From a virus, in the IMG/VR virus record IMGVR_UViG_3300035666_000005, positions 32,001 through 96,000 of that record: DNA of 64,000 nucleotides, one strand, 5' to 3'. The notes below the pieces were generated by a model. That model was given only the letters and a program-made list of their open reading frames with translations. It did no database searches and was not told the DNA's origin. The first letter of the stretch is position 1, and each line of letters opens with the position of its first letter. Position numbers and translations under genes: made by a program. Shown here one piece after another: positions 1 to 8,054 of the stretch.

Positions 1-482
1 TTTTTAGAAATAAGTGCGTCCATACTGTCTATAAGAAAATAATAGCGTGTATTTTCTGGATTATTTTTTATTAATTCTAAAATAAGAGTGGCAATATTTT
101 CATAAATATTAGACCGTAATACGAAACATGTACCATTTTCCCATTTTTGAGGGTCGTCTACGAAACTAACTCCAGATATTTTTTTTACATTTGAATTGAG
201 ACGCCCTTCAGCTTTAACAAGAAAACCTTTAGAATTAGGGACTGTTTTTAGAAAATTATTCATAATAAGCAAAGCAGAACTTGTTTTTCCACCACCGCTT
301 ACTCCAGTAAAGCGCACAATTGCAGGAACTTCTAATGAACCTCCAAGCTCTGAGTCTAAAAGAAGAGACCCTGTTGATACTTGAAAAACTTGTTCGTCTT
401 CAAAATTATAATGCGAATCTTTATTATCTTTAAGATGTGAAGATAATATACTTTTGCCTGTTACAGTGTTTTCTTTGCCCAT
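1..482 (-). CDS. recA: RecA/UvsX-like recombinase, N-terminal part (runs off window edge)
   Basis: Not in ORF track. Manual translation from ATG at 482: MGKENTVTG...VSTGSLLLDSELGG...RFTGVSGGGKTS (RecA STGS-x-x-LD-xx-LGG motif plus Walker A)...FLVKAEG...YFLIDSMDAL (Walker B). Confidence 0.88.
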   Translation of the reverse strand, partial: MGKENTVTGKSILSSHLKDNKDSHYNFEDEQVFQVSTGSLLLDSELGGSLEVPAIVRFTGVSGGGKTSSALLIMNNFLKTVPNSKGFLVKAEGRLNSNVKKISGVSFVDDPQKWENGTCFVLRSNIYENIATLILELIKNNPENTRYYFLIDSMDALISK

Positions 483-814
483 AGATTTAGAAATTGTCTT
501 AAATTGATGACCTTATCTACATCATATGAGTTTTTGTTTTCTAAAGCAATATTATTATTTTCTATTTCAAATTTTTTTGCTTCTGGTAAATTTAAATTAA
601 ACTTTTTATATTCTTTATTAAGAAATTTCCTTCCATCATCAGATAAAAACCAGCAAAGACTATTTAATTTAAACGATAAGTCAAGATTATTCCAAAAATC
701 TTCGTTTGGAAAAATTTTAAATAAACTTTTGACCATTTTCATTTCTTTTGGCCAAATAATATTATGAGAATCTTTTATAAATTTTTTTATAAAATCTTTT
801 TTATTTAGATTCAT
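461..814 (-). CDS. hypothetical protein
   Basis: ORF track 461..901; ATG at 814 (MNLNKKDF) fits the upstream gene layout better. Confidence 0.6.
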   Translation of the reverse strand: MNLNKKDFIKKFIKDSHNIIWPKEMKMVKSLFKIFPNEDFWNNLDLSFKLNSLCWFLSDDGRKFLNKEYKKFNLNLPEAKKFEIENNNIALENKNSYDVDKVINLRQFLNLWAKKTL

Positions 815-998
815 ATTCTTCACAAGATTCGCAAAAAGTATGATTAATATTAAAGATATTACGCTTAATACAAGAAAAACCTTTTTGTTCATAGTCTCCA
901 CCTTTACATGAACATCTTTTAATAATTTTGGTTATAGGTTCTATTGACCGATGTTTACATGTATCAAATTTAGTTTGAACTTGGATTGCTTCTCCCAT
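801..998 (-). CDS. small Cys-rich hypothetical protein (possible metal binding)
   Basis: 65 aa with CKH, CSC, C, CESC; GTGTAA element 10 nt upstream. Confidence 0.6.
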   Translation of the reverse strand: MGEAIQVQTKFDTCKHRSIEPITKIIKRCSCKGGDYEQKGFSCIKRNIFNINHTFCESCEEYESK

Positions 999-1003
999 AT
1001 ATT

Positions 1004-2062
1004 TTATATTACACTAATATTAATTAAATTTAAATCATTTTTTACCATTAATTCAACTAAGTTTTCAAAATTAATTTCAGCATTCCAATTTAGTTCTTCT
1101 TTGGCTTTTTTAGGATTTCCTAACAATAGATCTACCTCTGCCGGTCTATAAAAATTAGGATTAATTTTAACTAAAACTTGTTGTTTATCAGAAAATAGTT
1201 GTTCATTTATTTCTGAATGATCCTTAGATGAATAGCCCCAATAACTTTTAATTCCAGCAAAATAAAAAGCTTTTTCTATAAATTCTTTTACGGTATATGT
1301 TTTTCCAGAGGCTAATAAATATTCTTTTGGATAGGATTGATTTAACATTAGCCAAACTCCTTTAACAAAATCTTTTGCATGACTCCAATCTCGTTTAGCA
1401 TAAATGTTCCCAAGCTCTAAAGGTTTAAAATCTATATTATCTTCTATAGCTTTTTTTATACGAGCAACTTCTTTTGTAATTTTACGAGTAACAAATTCTT
1501 CACCTCTTCTTTCGCTTTCATGGTTATACAATAAGCCTTGAATAGCGTAAAGGTTATAACTTTCTCTATAAACTTTTACAATATGTCTTGCCGCAGCTTT
1601 TGCTGCTCCATAGGGACTTCTTGGCTTTAATGGGTGGTTTTCATCTTGCGGACTATAGTCTACATTACCAAGTTCTTCTGAAGATCCCGCATTATAAAAT
1701 CTACATTGTGGAGCATGTTTTCGAATTGCTTCTAAACATCTAATAACTCCAATTGCATCAATATCAAAAGTTTGCTCTGGGATTTGCCAAGAAGCTCCAA
1801 CAAAACTTTGGGCTGCTAAATTAATAAAATAATCTGGCTTAATTTGTATTACAATATTGTCTATTGATTGCGAATCTGTTAAATCTCCAATTACTAATTT
1901 AAATCTATTATTATTTAATAAATGTTTTATATTATGATAGTTATTTGTAGAAGTTCTTCTAACCATACCATATATTTCATAATCTGTATTTTCTAAAAGA
2001 TAATCAGCCATGTAACTCCCATCTTGCCCAGTTACACCAGTAATAATTACTTTTTTAAGCAT
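1004..2062 (-). CDS. gmd: GDP-mannose 4,6-dehydratase
   Basis: ITGVTGQDGSY, NLAAQSFV, SSEE, PRSPYGAAK, NHESERRGEEFVTRKIT, RDWSHAKDFV, YRPAEVDLLLG; likely start MLKKV at 2062. Confidence 0.96.
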   Translation of the reverse strand: MLKKVIITGVTGQDGSYMADYLLENTDYEIYGMVRRTSTNNYHNIKHLLNNNRFKLVIGDLTDSQSIDNIVIQIKPDYFINLAAQSFVGASWQIPEQTFDIDAIGVIRCLEAIRKHAPQCRFYNAGSSEELGNVDYSPQDENHPLKPRSPYGAAKAAARHIVKVYRESYNLYAIQGLLYNHESERRGEEFVTRKITKEVARIKKAIEDNIDFKPLELGNIYAKRDWSHAKDFVKGVWLMLNQSYPKEYLLASGKTYTVKEFIEKAFYFAGIKSYWGYSSKDHSEINEQLFSDKQQVLVKINPNFYRPAEVDLLLGNPKKAKEELNWNAEINFENLVELMVKNDLNLINISVI

Positions 2063-2492
2063 ATTCTTCATCATCGTCATCATCGTCTTTATTTGGTGGT
2101 TCGTATTTTTGCTGATTGTCTAAAGTTTTAAGAAAAAAATTTTCTATTTGATTTAATATATTATTATATTTTTCTTGATATATTTCTGTGCTTTCTGTTA
2201 TTTCATTACTATTTTGAAGGGCAGAGTAAAATACATTTTTAGGAGAATTTAATATATCATTAATAATTTTTAAATCTGATCCTGCAATGTTTTGGTGTGC
2301 AAATTTTTTCCATGTTTTAATAAATTCTTTATGAACATGTTGATTTTTAAATTCGTTTTCTTCGTTTATATAATTAGCTATATAGTTAAAACAAAAAAAT
2401 AACATAGACCATTGAAGATTTTGCATAAATTTTGTTTCTAATGTTTGGTCCATTGAATCTCTTAAATCTTTATGCAAATCTTTATTTTTCAT
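2055..2492 (-). CDS. hypothetical protein, acidic C-terminus
   Basis: ORF; TAATG overlap with nrdJ stop at 2492 supports the start MKNKDL. Confidence 0.65.
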   Translation of the reverse strand: MKNKDLHKDLRDSMDQTLETKFMQNLQWSMLFFCFNYIANYINEENEFKNQHVHKEFIKTWKKFAHQNIAGSDLKIINDILNSPKNVFYSALQNSNEITESTEIYQEKYNNILNQIENFFLKTLDNQQKYEPPNKDDDDDDEEYA

Positions 2493-4471
2493 TATTTTAT
2501 TGGGCAAGCGCCGCCTTCACATTCGATACCTTCTAAAGCTTCGTTACCAATATTTTGATTCAAAATAGAAATAGGTTTTACTTTAGATTTTTTAATTTCA
2601 TATTGTTCTTTTGTAATTTCTTCGTAAGGAGCTTGTTTGAAACCATGTTTTTGTCTCAATAGAAAGCTTACAGATTTAATTCCATTTTCATAATTATCTG
2701 ATAGCCATTGTTTTAAAGACGGAAGTTCATCTTCTGAATAATAAGCTGTAACACTAACAGCATTATCAGACCAAACTTCTTGAAGTTTTTTTACCATATC
2801 AAGTTGTTTAATTACCCCCATATCATCAGCGAATAAAGCTCCATCTGGAGTTTCACAAGGAAACTCAACTACTACGGTATCATGATTTTCAGAACCATCA
2901 AAATTAACTACATATTCAGTATAATAACCCAAATCCCTGCAATAAGAAACTAAAGGATCATTACTAGCCATACGAATTCTACGTGTATAATATTTAGAAT
3001 AAGCAGGATGAACACCTGGAGTAGCACCAGCAAGAAGACTCAATGTTCCACTTGGTTTAACAGTTGTTAATTTGATACTACGATTCCATCCACGCTCTTT
3101 ACTCCACTCTTTGTCAAATTTACGAAGTTCTTTATAGCAAGCGTCAAGCCAGTCAATTTTATCCAAAGATTGACAAATACCTGTGACCCCCAAACCAAGG
3201 CGCATATTTTTATGTACAATTTTATTTGTTTCTTCATGAATAAAAGGTAGCGCAGCAATAGCTTTTTGAGTTTTATATAAAAGTCTCGCGCAAAGAATTA
3301 ATTCTTCTTTCGAAGAAATATTATTTAGATATAGTTCTGATAAGTTGCAGCATTCATAAGAAGCTAGACTTATTTCTCCACAAGGGTTTGTTCCAACTAC
3401 ATTATCTTCATCGGTGGGATAAAGATTACTATCTTTCATCGGACCATCTTTTAAACGTCCATACTTTTGAGAAAGAGGAAGATTAAAAAATCCATAAGGC
3501 TCACCTTTAGCAAAACCTGTTTCAGAATCTAGAGCATAACCATTATTCCATATCTCATTTGAGATATGAGAAAAATCATCTGCATAAATTGTATTATTAG
3601 ACATGGCTCTCCAATTTGGAATATTACCAAGCGACCAATTTTTGGCACGAAGAAACAAATAATCATCTGGATCTCCAATAGCAATTTGAGCACTACGACG
3701 AACATTGCCAGAAACAACAATCCCACCAATGATATTACAAATATCAAGAACATCAATAGAACGAAGTTTTTTACCTTCTCTAGTTTGAAAGATTTTGTTA
3801 ATTTTTTCTATACCGTCAATAAGAATTTGAGGTCCACTAGCAATACCTCCAAATCCACCAATACGTTCTCCAGCGCCACGAATTAAAATTGTCGAATAAT
3901 TAAATGATTTTCCTTTAATAAAGAAGGCTTCGAGAACTCTTTCTAAAAGTCTAATCCAGCCTTCACGACTATCTGGTACAATAAAATCGGCATCTTTTGT
4001 ATTTTTATGAACAATATTAACTTCTTTTTTGATGCGTGGTAATTCATGAATATCTTCACGACGAATTGAAAATCCTACGCCCCCACCTAACATCAAGTTT
4101 TCAAAAAGGAAAAGAAAAGACCTAATACTATTCATTGACACATTCCAGCAGTTAAGAAGTGAATTCGCGCCGAAACGATCAACGGTCGGAGTCCCAAGCT
4201 GCCAGAGCATTCTTCCGGCAAAATTACATTTAAGATTAAAAATAAGATCGAAAAGCTGTTCAGCTTCTTCTTGTGTATAATTTGCACCAATTTTTTGCGC
4301 CCCATTAACACAGCGCCGAATAGTTTCATGCCATTCCTCTGTCTTGCCATCTTCTTTAAGACGAGCATAAGTTCTCTTATAAACAATATATCCCAAACCA
4401 TTAAAACCCCAATTTGGCTGCTTATTTGAATATTTGTTTGCGAATTTCTCTGAAATAATTTCTGTGTTCAT
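2492..4471 (-). CDS. nrdJ: class II (adenosylcobalamin-dependent, monomeric RTPR-type) ribonucleotide reductase
   Basis: VYKRTYAR, AGRMLW, LLNC, GGGVGF, VPDSREGW, GNVRRSA, TNPCGEI, VKPSGT, C-terminal CEGGACPIK. Confidence 0.95.
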   Translation of the reverse strand: MNTEIISEKFANKYSNKQPNWGFNGLGYIVYKRTYARLKEDGKTEEWHETIRRCVNGAQKIGANYTQEEAEQLFDLIFNLKCNFAGRMLWQLGTPTVDRFGANSLLNCWNVSMNSIRSFLFLFENLMLGGGVGFSIRREDIHELPRIKKEVNIVHKNTKDADFIVPDSREGWIRLLERVLEAFFIKGKSFNYSTILIRGAGERIGGFGGIASGPQILIDGIEKINKIFQTREGKKLRSIDVLDICNIIGGIVVSGNVRRSAQIAIGDPDDYLFLRAKNWSLGNIPNWRAMSNNTIYADDFSHISNEIWNNGYALDSETGFAKGEPYGFFNLPLSQKYGRLKDGPMKDSNLYPTDEDNVVGTNPCGEISLASYECCNLSELYLNNISSKEELILCARLLYKTQKAIAALPFIHEETNKIVHKNMRLGLGVTGICQSLDKIDWLDACYKELRKFDKEWSKERGWNRSIKLTTVKPSGTLSLLAGATPGVHPAYSKYYTRRIRMASNDPLVSYCRDLGYYTEYVVNFDGSENHDTVVVEFPCETPDGALFADDMGVIKQLDMVKKLQEVWSDNAVSVTAYYSEDELPSLKQWLSDNYENGIKSVSFLLRQKHGFKQAPYEEITKEQYEIKKSKVKPISILNQNIGNEALEGIECEGGACPIK

Positions 4472-4484
4472 TTTAGTATTATAA

Positions 4485-4513
4485 ATTATACATCAATATG
4501 ATTTACGTGGCAA
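4485..4513 (-). promoter_or_regulatory. sigma70-type promoter for nrdJ
   Basis: minus strand TTGCCA-17nt-TATAAT; a second TATAAT lies 6 nt before the ATG. Confidence 0.65.
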
Positions 4514-4544
4514 AAAAATAAAAACTATCAAAATGAAAAATATT

Positions 4545-4883
4545 TCATTGAACAGATTTTGGTGTATAGTTTAAATTTCTTTTTTGTTTCCAATTTCTAA
4601 CGTAATCTTTTTTTACTGGGTCATTTTGACTTCCACCACGTTTTTCGCTTAATTCTTTAGAAAGATCCATCATTTCACCAAATGTTCCGGCTTTATTAGT
4701 TTTATCCATAAAAGCGCGTTTAGAATATGGATCAATATTAGTATCAATACTAGCTTGTGGAATTACAAATTCTCGATTCCATTTAAGACCATCTTCATCA
4801 ATATATATTTTTTCATCGTTCATATGAAAAAATATTTCTTGAATTTCGCCGCTTTCTGGATGACTAAACAAATAATAAGGCAT
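4545..4883 (-). CDS. FmdB-like regulatory protein (Cys-lacking variant)
   Basis: N-terminus MPYYLFSHPESGEIQEIFFHM resembles FmdB MPxYxYxCxxCG. Confidence 0.5.
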   Translation of the reverse strand: MPYYLFSHPESGEIQEIFFHMNDEKIYIDEDGLKWNREFVIPQASIDTNIDPYSKRAFMDKTNKAGTFGEMMDLSKELSEKRGGSQNDPVKKDYVRNWKQKRNLNYTPKSVQ

Positions 4884-4886
4884 ACC

Positions 4887-5039
4887 TTATTTTATTTGTT
4901 TTTTATTCATTTTTCTAATTTGATAAGCTCTTGGAGACATTCTACGTAATTCTCCATTTGGCATTCGCATGTATTCCGTACCATCTTTAAATTGAAGTTT
5001 TTCTCCTAAAAATTTAGTATTAGTATTTTCTATGTTCAT
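4887..5039 (-). CDS. small basic hypothetical protein (50 aa)
   Basis: Below the ORF-track cutoff. MNIENTNTKFLGEKLQFKDGTEYMRMPNGELRR...; ATGA overlap with the upstream stop; fills the gap exactly. Confidence 0.6.
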   Translation of the reverse strand: MNIENTNTKFLGEKLQFKDGTEYMRMPNGELRRMSPRAYQIRKMNKKQIK

Positions 5040-6124
5040 ATATTTTCAAGAATATTTAATATTTTATTTACCATATTTTTATAAGAAAATGCTTCTTGTA
5101 ATTTTAAACCAGAAGTATTAATTGAGTTTTCTAAATAACGTTTTTCAATTTTATCCAAACCATTTAAGAAATCTTCTTCTGACCAATCAAAAATATTACC
5201 CTGATTAAATTCTAAACCCTGTTTAAAGAAAATATTATCATAAACAGGAATTTTTCCAAAAGGATCAATTAAGACAGTATTACTTTCATTCATCCAATCT
5301 TTATATGCATGAGCATTTAAACCTAAACAATGTTTTCCAAGAGCTACAGTTTGAAATTCTGGTAAACCCCAACCTTCTCCGCCACTCATTGCCAGAACAA
5401 TATCAGTATTATTTAACAAATCATTATAAGCTTCATTAGAGGGTATGAAATTTAGAAAATTTATATTCCAAAATTTTTGATTATTTAAAGCCTGATTAAT
5501 AAGCTGCATTTGAGCTTGAGGATCTAAAAAGTTATTAAATATAGCACAGTTCAAACTATATTTAGTATTGTTTCCATATTTTTTAGCCCATAATTGCAGT
5601 GTTTTTAAATGTCTTTTTCTTTGAGGTTCTAATTTCCCAAATAAACCAAAATTAATAGTATCTCTTTTTTTAGGTAAAACTTGTTTAAAGTGAGCATTAT
5701 CGAACCCCAAAGGGATAAAATCTACATTATCTATGCCAAAATTTTTAAATACATTTACAGAATAATTGCTTGAAAATAAAACTAAATGATTATTTTTTAT
5801 AATATTTTTTTCTGAAGTAGTCGGAGAATCAACTTCATAAAAAGTTAATAATACTTGTTTGTTAGAATAACTTTCTAAACTACCATTCAAATGCCATAAT
5901 TTGAAAATAGGATTATTTCTATTGTGTATTTTAGTTGATTTTAAAATAGATTCTTGAATCCAATTAAAAAATTGTACGTCTTGTTGTTGAGTTGATATAT
6001 CAACATTTCCAATTGGAAATAATACTATTTCTTTATTTTGTTTATAAAGTTCTCTTAAAATAGAGAAAGAGACTTGCCCTAAAGAAGTAGAATTTAAAGG
6101 TAAATTAAATGCTAACTTAGACAC
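5036..6124 (-). CDS. glycosyltransferase, GT-B/GT4-like
   Basis: IPLGFD, FGKLEPQRK, SGGEGWGLPEFQTVALGK (GT4 nucleotide-sugar binding motif). Confidence 0.85.
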   Translation of the reverse strand: MSKLAFNLPLNSTSLGQVSFSILRELYKQNKEIVLFPIGNVDISTQQQDVQFFNWIQESILKSTKIHNRNNPIFKLWHLNGSLESYSNKQVLLTFYEVDSPTTSEKNIIKNNHLVLFSSNYSVNVFKNFGIDNVDFIPLGFDNAHFKQVLPKKRDTINFGLFGKLEPQRKRHLKTLQLWAKKYGNNTKYSLNCAIFNNFLDPQAQMQLINQALNNQKFWNINFLNFIPSNEAYNDLLNNTDIVLAMSGGEGWGLPEFQTVALGKHCLGLNAHAYKDWMNESNTVLIDPFGKIPVYDNIFFKQGLEFNQGNIFDWSEEDFLNGLDKIEKRYLENSINTSGLKLQEAFSYKNMVNKILNILENI

Positions 6125-6127
6125 AAC

Positions 6128-6448
6128 TTAAAATGGAATTTCTTCTGTTTTTGTTTCTTTTTTTACTGTTGCCTCTGTTTTTGGACTTTCAATTTTTTTT
6201 GAATCTTCCGTGTTATCAGAATTTGTTGGTAATGAGCCTGTATTTTTTACAGGACCATTATCAAAGTAAATACGATAATCTGGTTGATTTGAACCCTCTG
6301 TTTTATATTTGTTTTTAAAAACCATCACGCTAATTTCTTCCCCAGTTTTAGATTTAATTTTTCCAGTAAGAAATTGTGTTCCAGTTTTTGATGTTTTAAT
6401 CCAAAAAGCTCCAGCTTCTTCGAGTTTAGGTTTTTCGTTTTTATCCAT
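6128..6448 (-). CDS. DUF736-like protein with SSB-like acidic tail
   Basis: GAFWIKTSKTGTQFLTG...VFKN...QPDYRIY; ends in EEIPF. Confidence 0.65.
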   Translation of the reverse strand: MDKNEKPKLEEAGAFWIKTSKTGTQFLTGKIKSKTGEEISVMVFKNKYKTEGSNQPDYRIYFDNGPVKNTGSLPTNSDNTEDSKKIESPKTEATVKKETKTEEIPF

Positions 6449-6453
6449 AGTAT

Positions 6454-7050
6454 TTATATATTAGAATTAATTGTTTTGTTTGTCAATTTTTTTTTAGCAA
6501 GTTTAATAAATTTATTATGCCAATTTAAAACAGTTTGTGGGGTTACTTTTAATATTTCAGCAATTTCTGAATAATTTAATATACGATCATTATTATAAAA
6601 ATAACGATAATATATTGCATTTTTTGTATTTGGATCGGTAATTTTATCAAATAACTCAATAATAGTATTTATAATTTCTTTTTGATTTTTATTGTTATCT
6701 TTTTTATTAAATTCATTTATATAAAATTCTAAAGAAACATCTTCGGTTGGAATTAATTTCTGATTTTTATTTTTGTAATTTAAACAAAAAAATCGAACTT
6801 GATTACCAAGCCAAGTAGAAAATTTACTACCTTTTCTTTTATCAAAAGAATTTACCGCGTTAAATACTATCCAATATCTATTGTCATTTAGTTCTTCTAA
6901 AGTTAGATTACAATTAGCACAATATTTTTTTCCAATATTAAATATCATTCCGCTATGTCTAAAAACTAATTCTTCTAAACTTTTGCTACATTTTAAATTT
7001 TTTATATTTCTAATTAATGTAGCATCTTTTAATTTTTCACAATTTAACAT
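6454..7050 (-). CDS. phage RNA polymerase sigma factor (sigma70 family, regions 2 and 4)
   Basis: region 2 AVNSFDKRKGSKFSTWL; region 4 HTH LNYSEIAEILKVTPQTVLNWHNKFIK. Confidence 0.85.
   Translation of the reverse strand: MLNCEKLKDATLIRNIKNLKCSKSLEELVFRHSGMIFNIGKKYCANCNLTLEELNDNRYWIVFNAVNSFDKRKGSKFSTWLGNQVRFFCLNYKNKNQKLIPTEDVSLEFYINEFNKKDNNKNQKEIINTIIELFDKITDPNTKNAIYYRYFYNNDRILNYSEIAEILKVTPQTVLNWHNKFIKLAKKKLTNKTINSNI
6458..6486 (-). promoter_or_regulatory. sigma70-type promoter for the DUF736-like gene
   Basis: TTGACA-17nt-TAATAT, 9 nt before the ATG, inside the 3' end of the sigma gene. Confidence 0.55.
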
Positions 7051-7057
7051 TGAATTA

Positions 7058-7086
7058 ATAATAAGTTATTTTGAATAACATGTCAA
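7058..7086 (-). promoter_or_regulatory. sigma70-type promoter for the sigma factor gene (probably leaderless)
   Basis: TTGACA-17nt-TATTAT, then 7 nt to the ATG. Confidence 0.7.
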
Positions 7087-7125
7087 TTTCTTTAGATATA
7101 TTAAATATTATAAATATAATTTTGT

Positions 7126-7160
7126 GAGCAAAGCGAACAAATCGAAGACGAGCAAAGCGA
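7126..7160. repeat. two copies of GAGCAAAGCGA in the divergent intergenic region
   Basis: exact 11-mers at 7126-7136 and 7150-7160. Confidence 0.8.
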
Positions 7161-7185
7161 GGATTCGAAATAGAAATGTTCCTTT

Positions 7186-7213
7186 ATCATATCTTTTTTG
7201 ATACTTATGTCAA
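7186..7213 (-). promoter_or_regulatory. second leftward sigma70-type promoter
   Basis: TTGACA-16nt-TATGAT on minus strand, overlapping the start of the divergent gene. Confidence 0.5.
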
Positions 7214-7605
7214 GCTTATTATTTATTTTACTCTGTTGTCTTGGTTCCCTATTTATTCATTTATGGTTTTATTCTGATTTTTTTGCTTTTTATTTAAGAT
7301 TATTTAAAGTTTTAATTCCTTCGAAAATTTATAACTGGTTTTTAATTGAAGAATATTTAAATAATCAAGATCCAAATTTAATAGTAGATAGCTACATAGA
7401 ATATCTTTATATTAAAAGAATATTAGAACCATCTTTTATCATACAATTTTTTTTAAAATTGTTTTCGTGTATTATTTGTTTATCTACATGGGTAGCTATC
7501 ATAATTTCATTAATATACGGTAACTTATTGTATTTTGGTTTAGTATTTATTATATTACGTATATTAGATTTTATTCTTAGATTTGTTTTAAAAAAAGTCA
7601 TATAA
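7207..7605 (+). CDS. membrane protein with CxxC (DUF1360-like)
   Basis: several hydrophobic helices; KLFSCIICLSTW motif; ATG at 7207. Confidence 0.6.
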   Translation: MSSLLFILLCCLGSLFIHLWFYSDFFAFYLRLFKVLIPSKIYNWFLIEEYLNNQDPNLIVDSYIEYLYIKRILEPSFIIQFFLKLFSCIICLSTWVAIIISLIYGNLLYFGLVFIILRILDFILRFVLKKVI

Positions 7606-7611
7606 TCATTT

Positions 7612-8046
7612 ATGAAAAAATTAGACTTTTGTAAACCTACAAAATCTGTAACAGGCTCCTGGGTAACATTTGGTTTAACTCAAGACCAAGAAGATTCAAA
7701 AAAAAATGGATTTTATGTAAATATGATTCGCCAAGCAGGTTGGAACAACGAAACAAAAAATGGAACATTTAAAGAAAATGTTAACAACCCAGAAAAACAC
7801 AAAAGAATTAAACTTAGTGAAAATGATATAGCTGAAGTTCTTTTAGTATTAGGATCTAACGGTGAAAAGAAATGGTCTACAGTTCATGCTGGTAAAACAC
7901 CAATTTTTGTGGAGCCATTTATTAAAGATGAAAAACATGTTGGCTATTTAATTAAACTTGGAGGGATCAGTATTGCATTAAATTTTGCAGAAACTCTTCG
8001 TCTTCAAGAATATTTAAAATTGACTTTACAGCAAATGTATTTATAA
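7612..8046 (+). CDS. putative Whirly/PC4-fold ssDNA-binding protein
   Basis: two beta-alpha halves ending IKLSENDIAEVL and IALNFAETLRL, with H, VEP and GYL features in Whirly-like order. Confidence 0.45.
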   Translation: MKKLDFCKPTKSVTGSWVTFGLTQDQEDSKKNGFYVNMIRQAGWNNETKNGTFKENVNNPEKHKRIKLSENDIAEVLLVLGSNGEKKWSTVHAGKTPIFVEPFIKDEKHVGYLIKLGGISIALNFAETLRLQEYLKLTLQQMYL

Positions 8047-8047
8047 T
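8020..8047 (+). promoter_or_regulatory. sigma70-type promoter (probably leaderless)
   Basis: TTGACT-16nt-TATAAT, 7 nt before ATG 8055. Confidence 0.65.
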
Positions 8048-8054
8048 ACGAAAT

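Noticed and set aside
196-384. 62-aa plus-strand ORF
   Set aside because: Antisense to the RecA-like gene.
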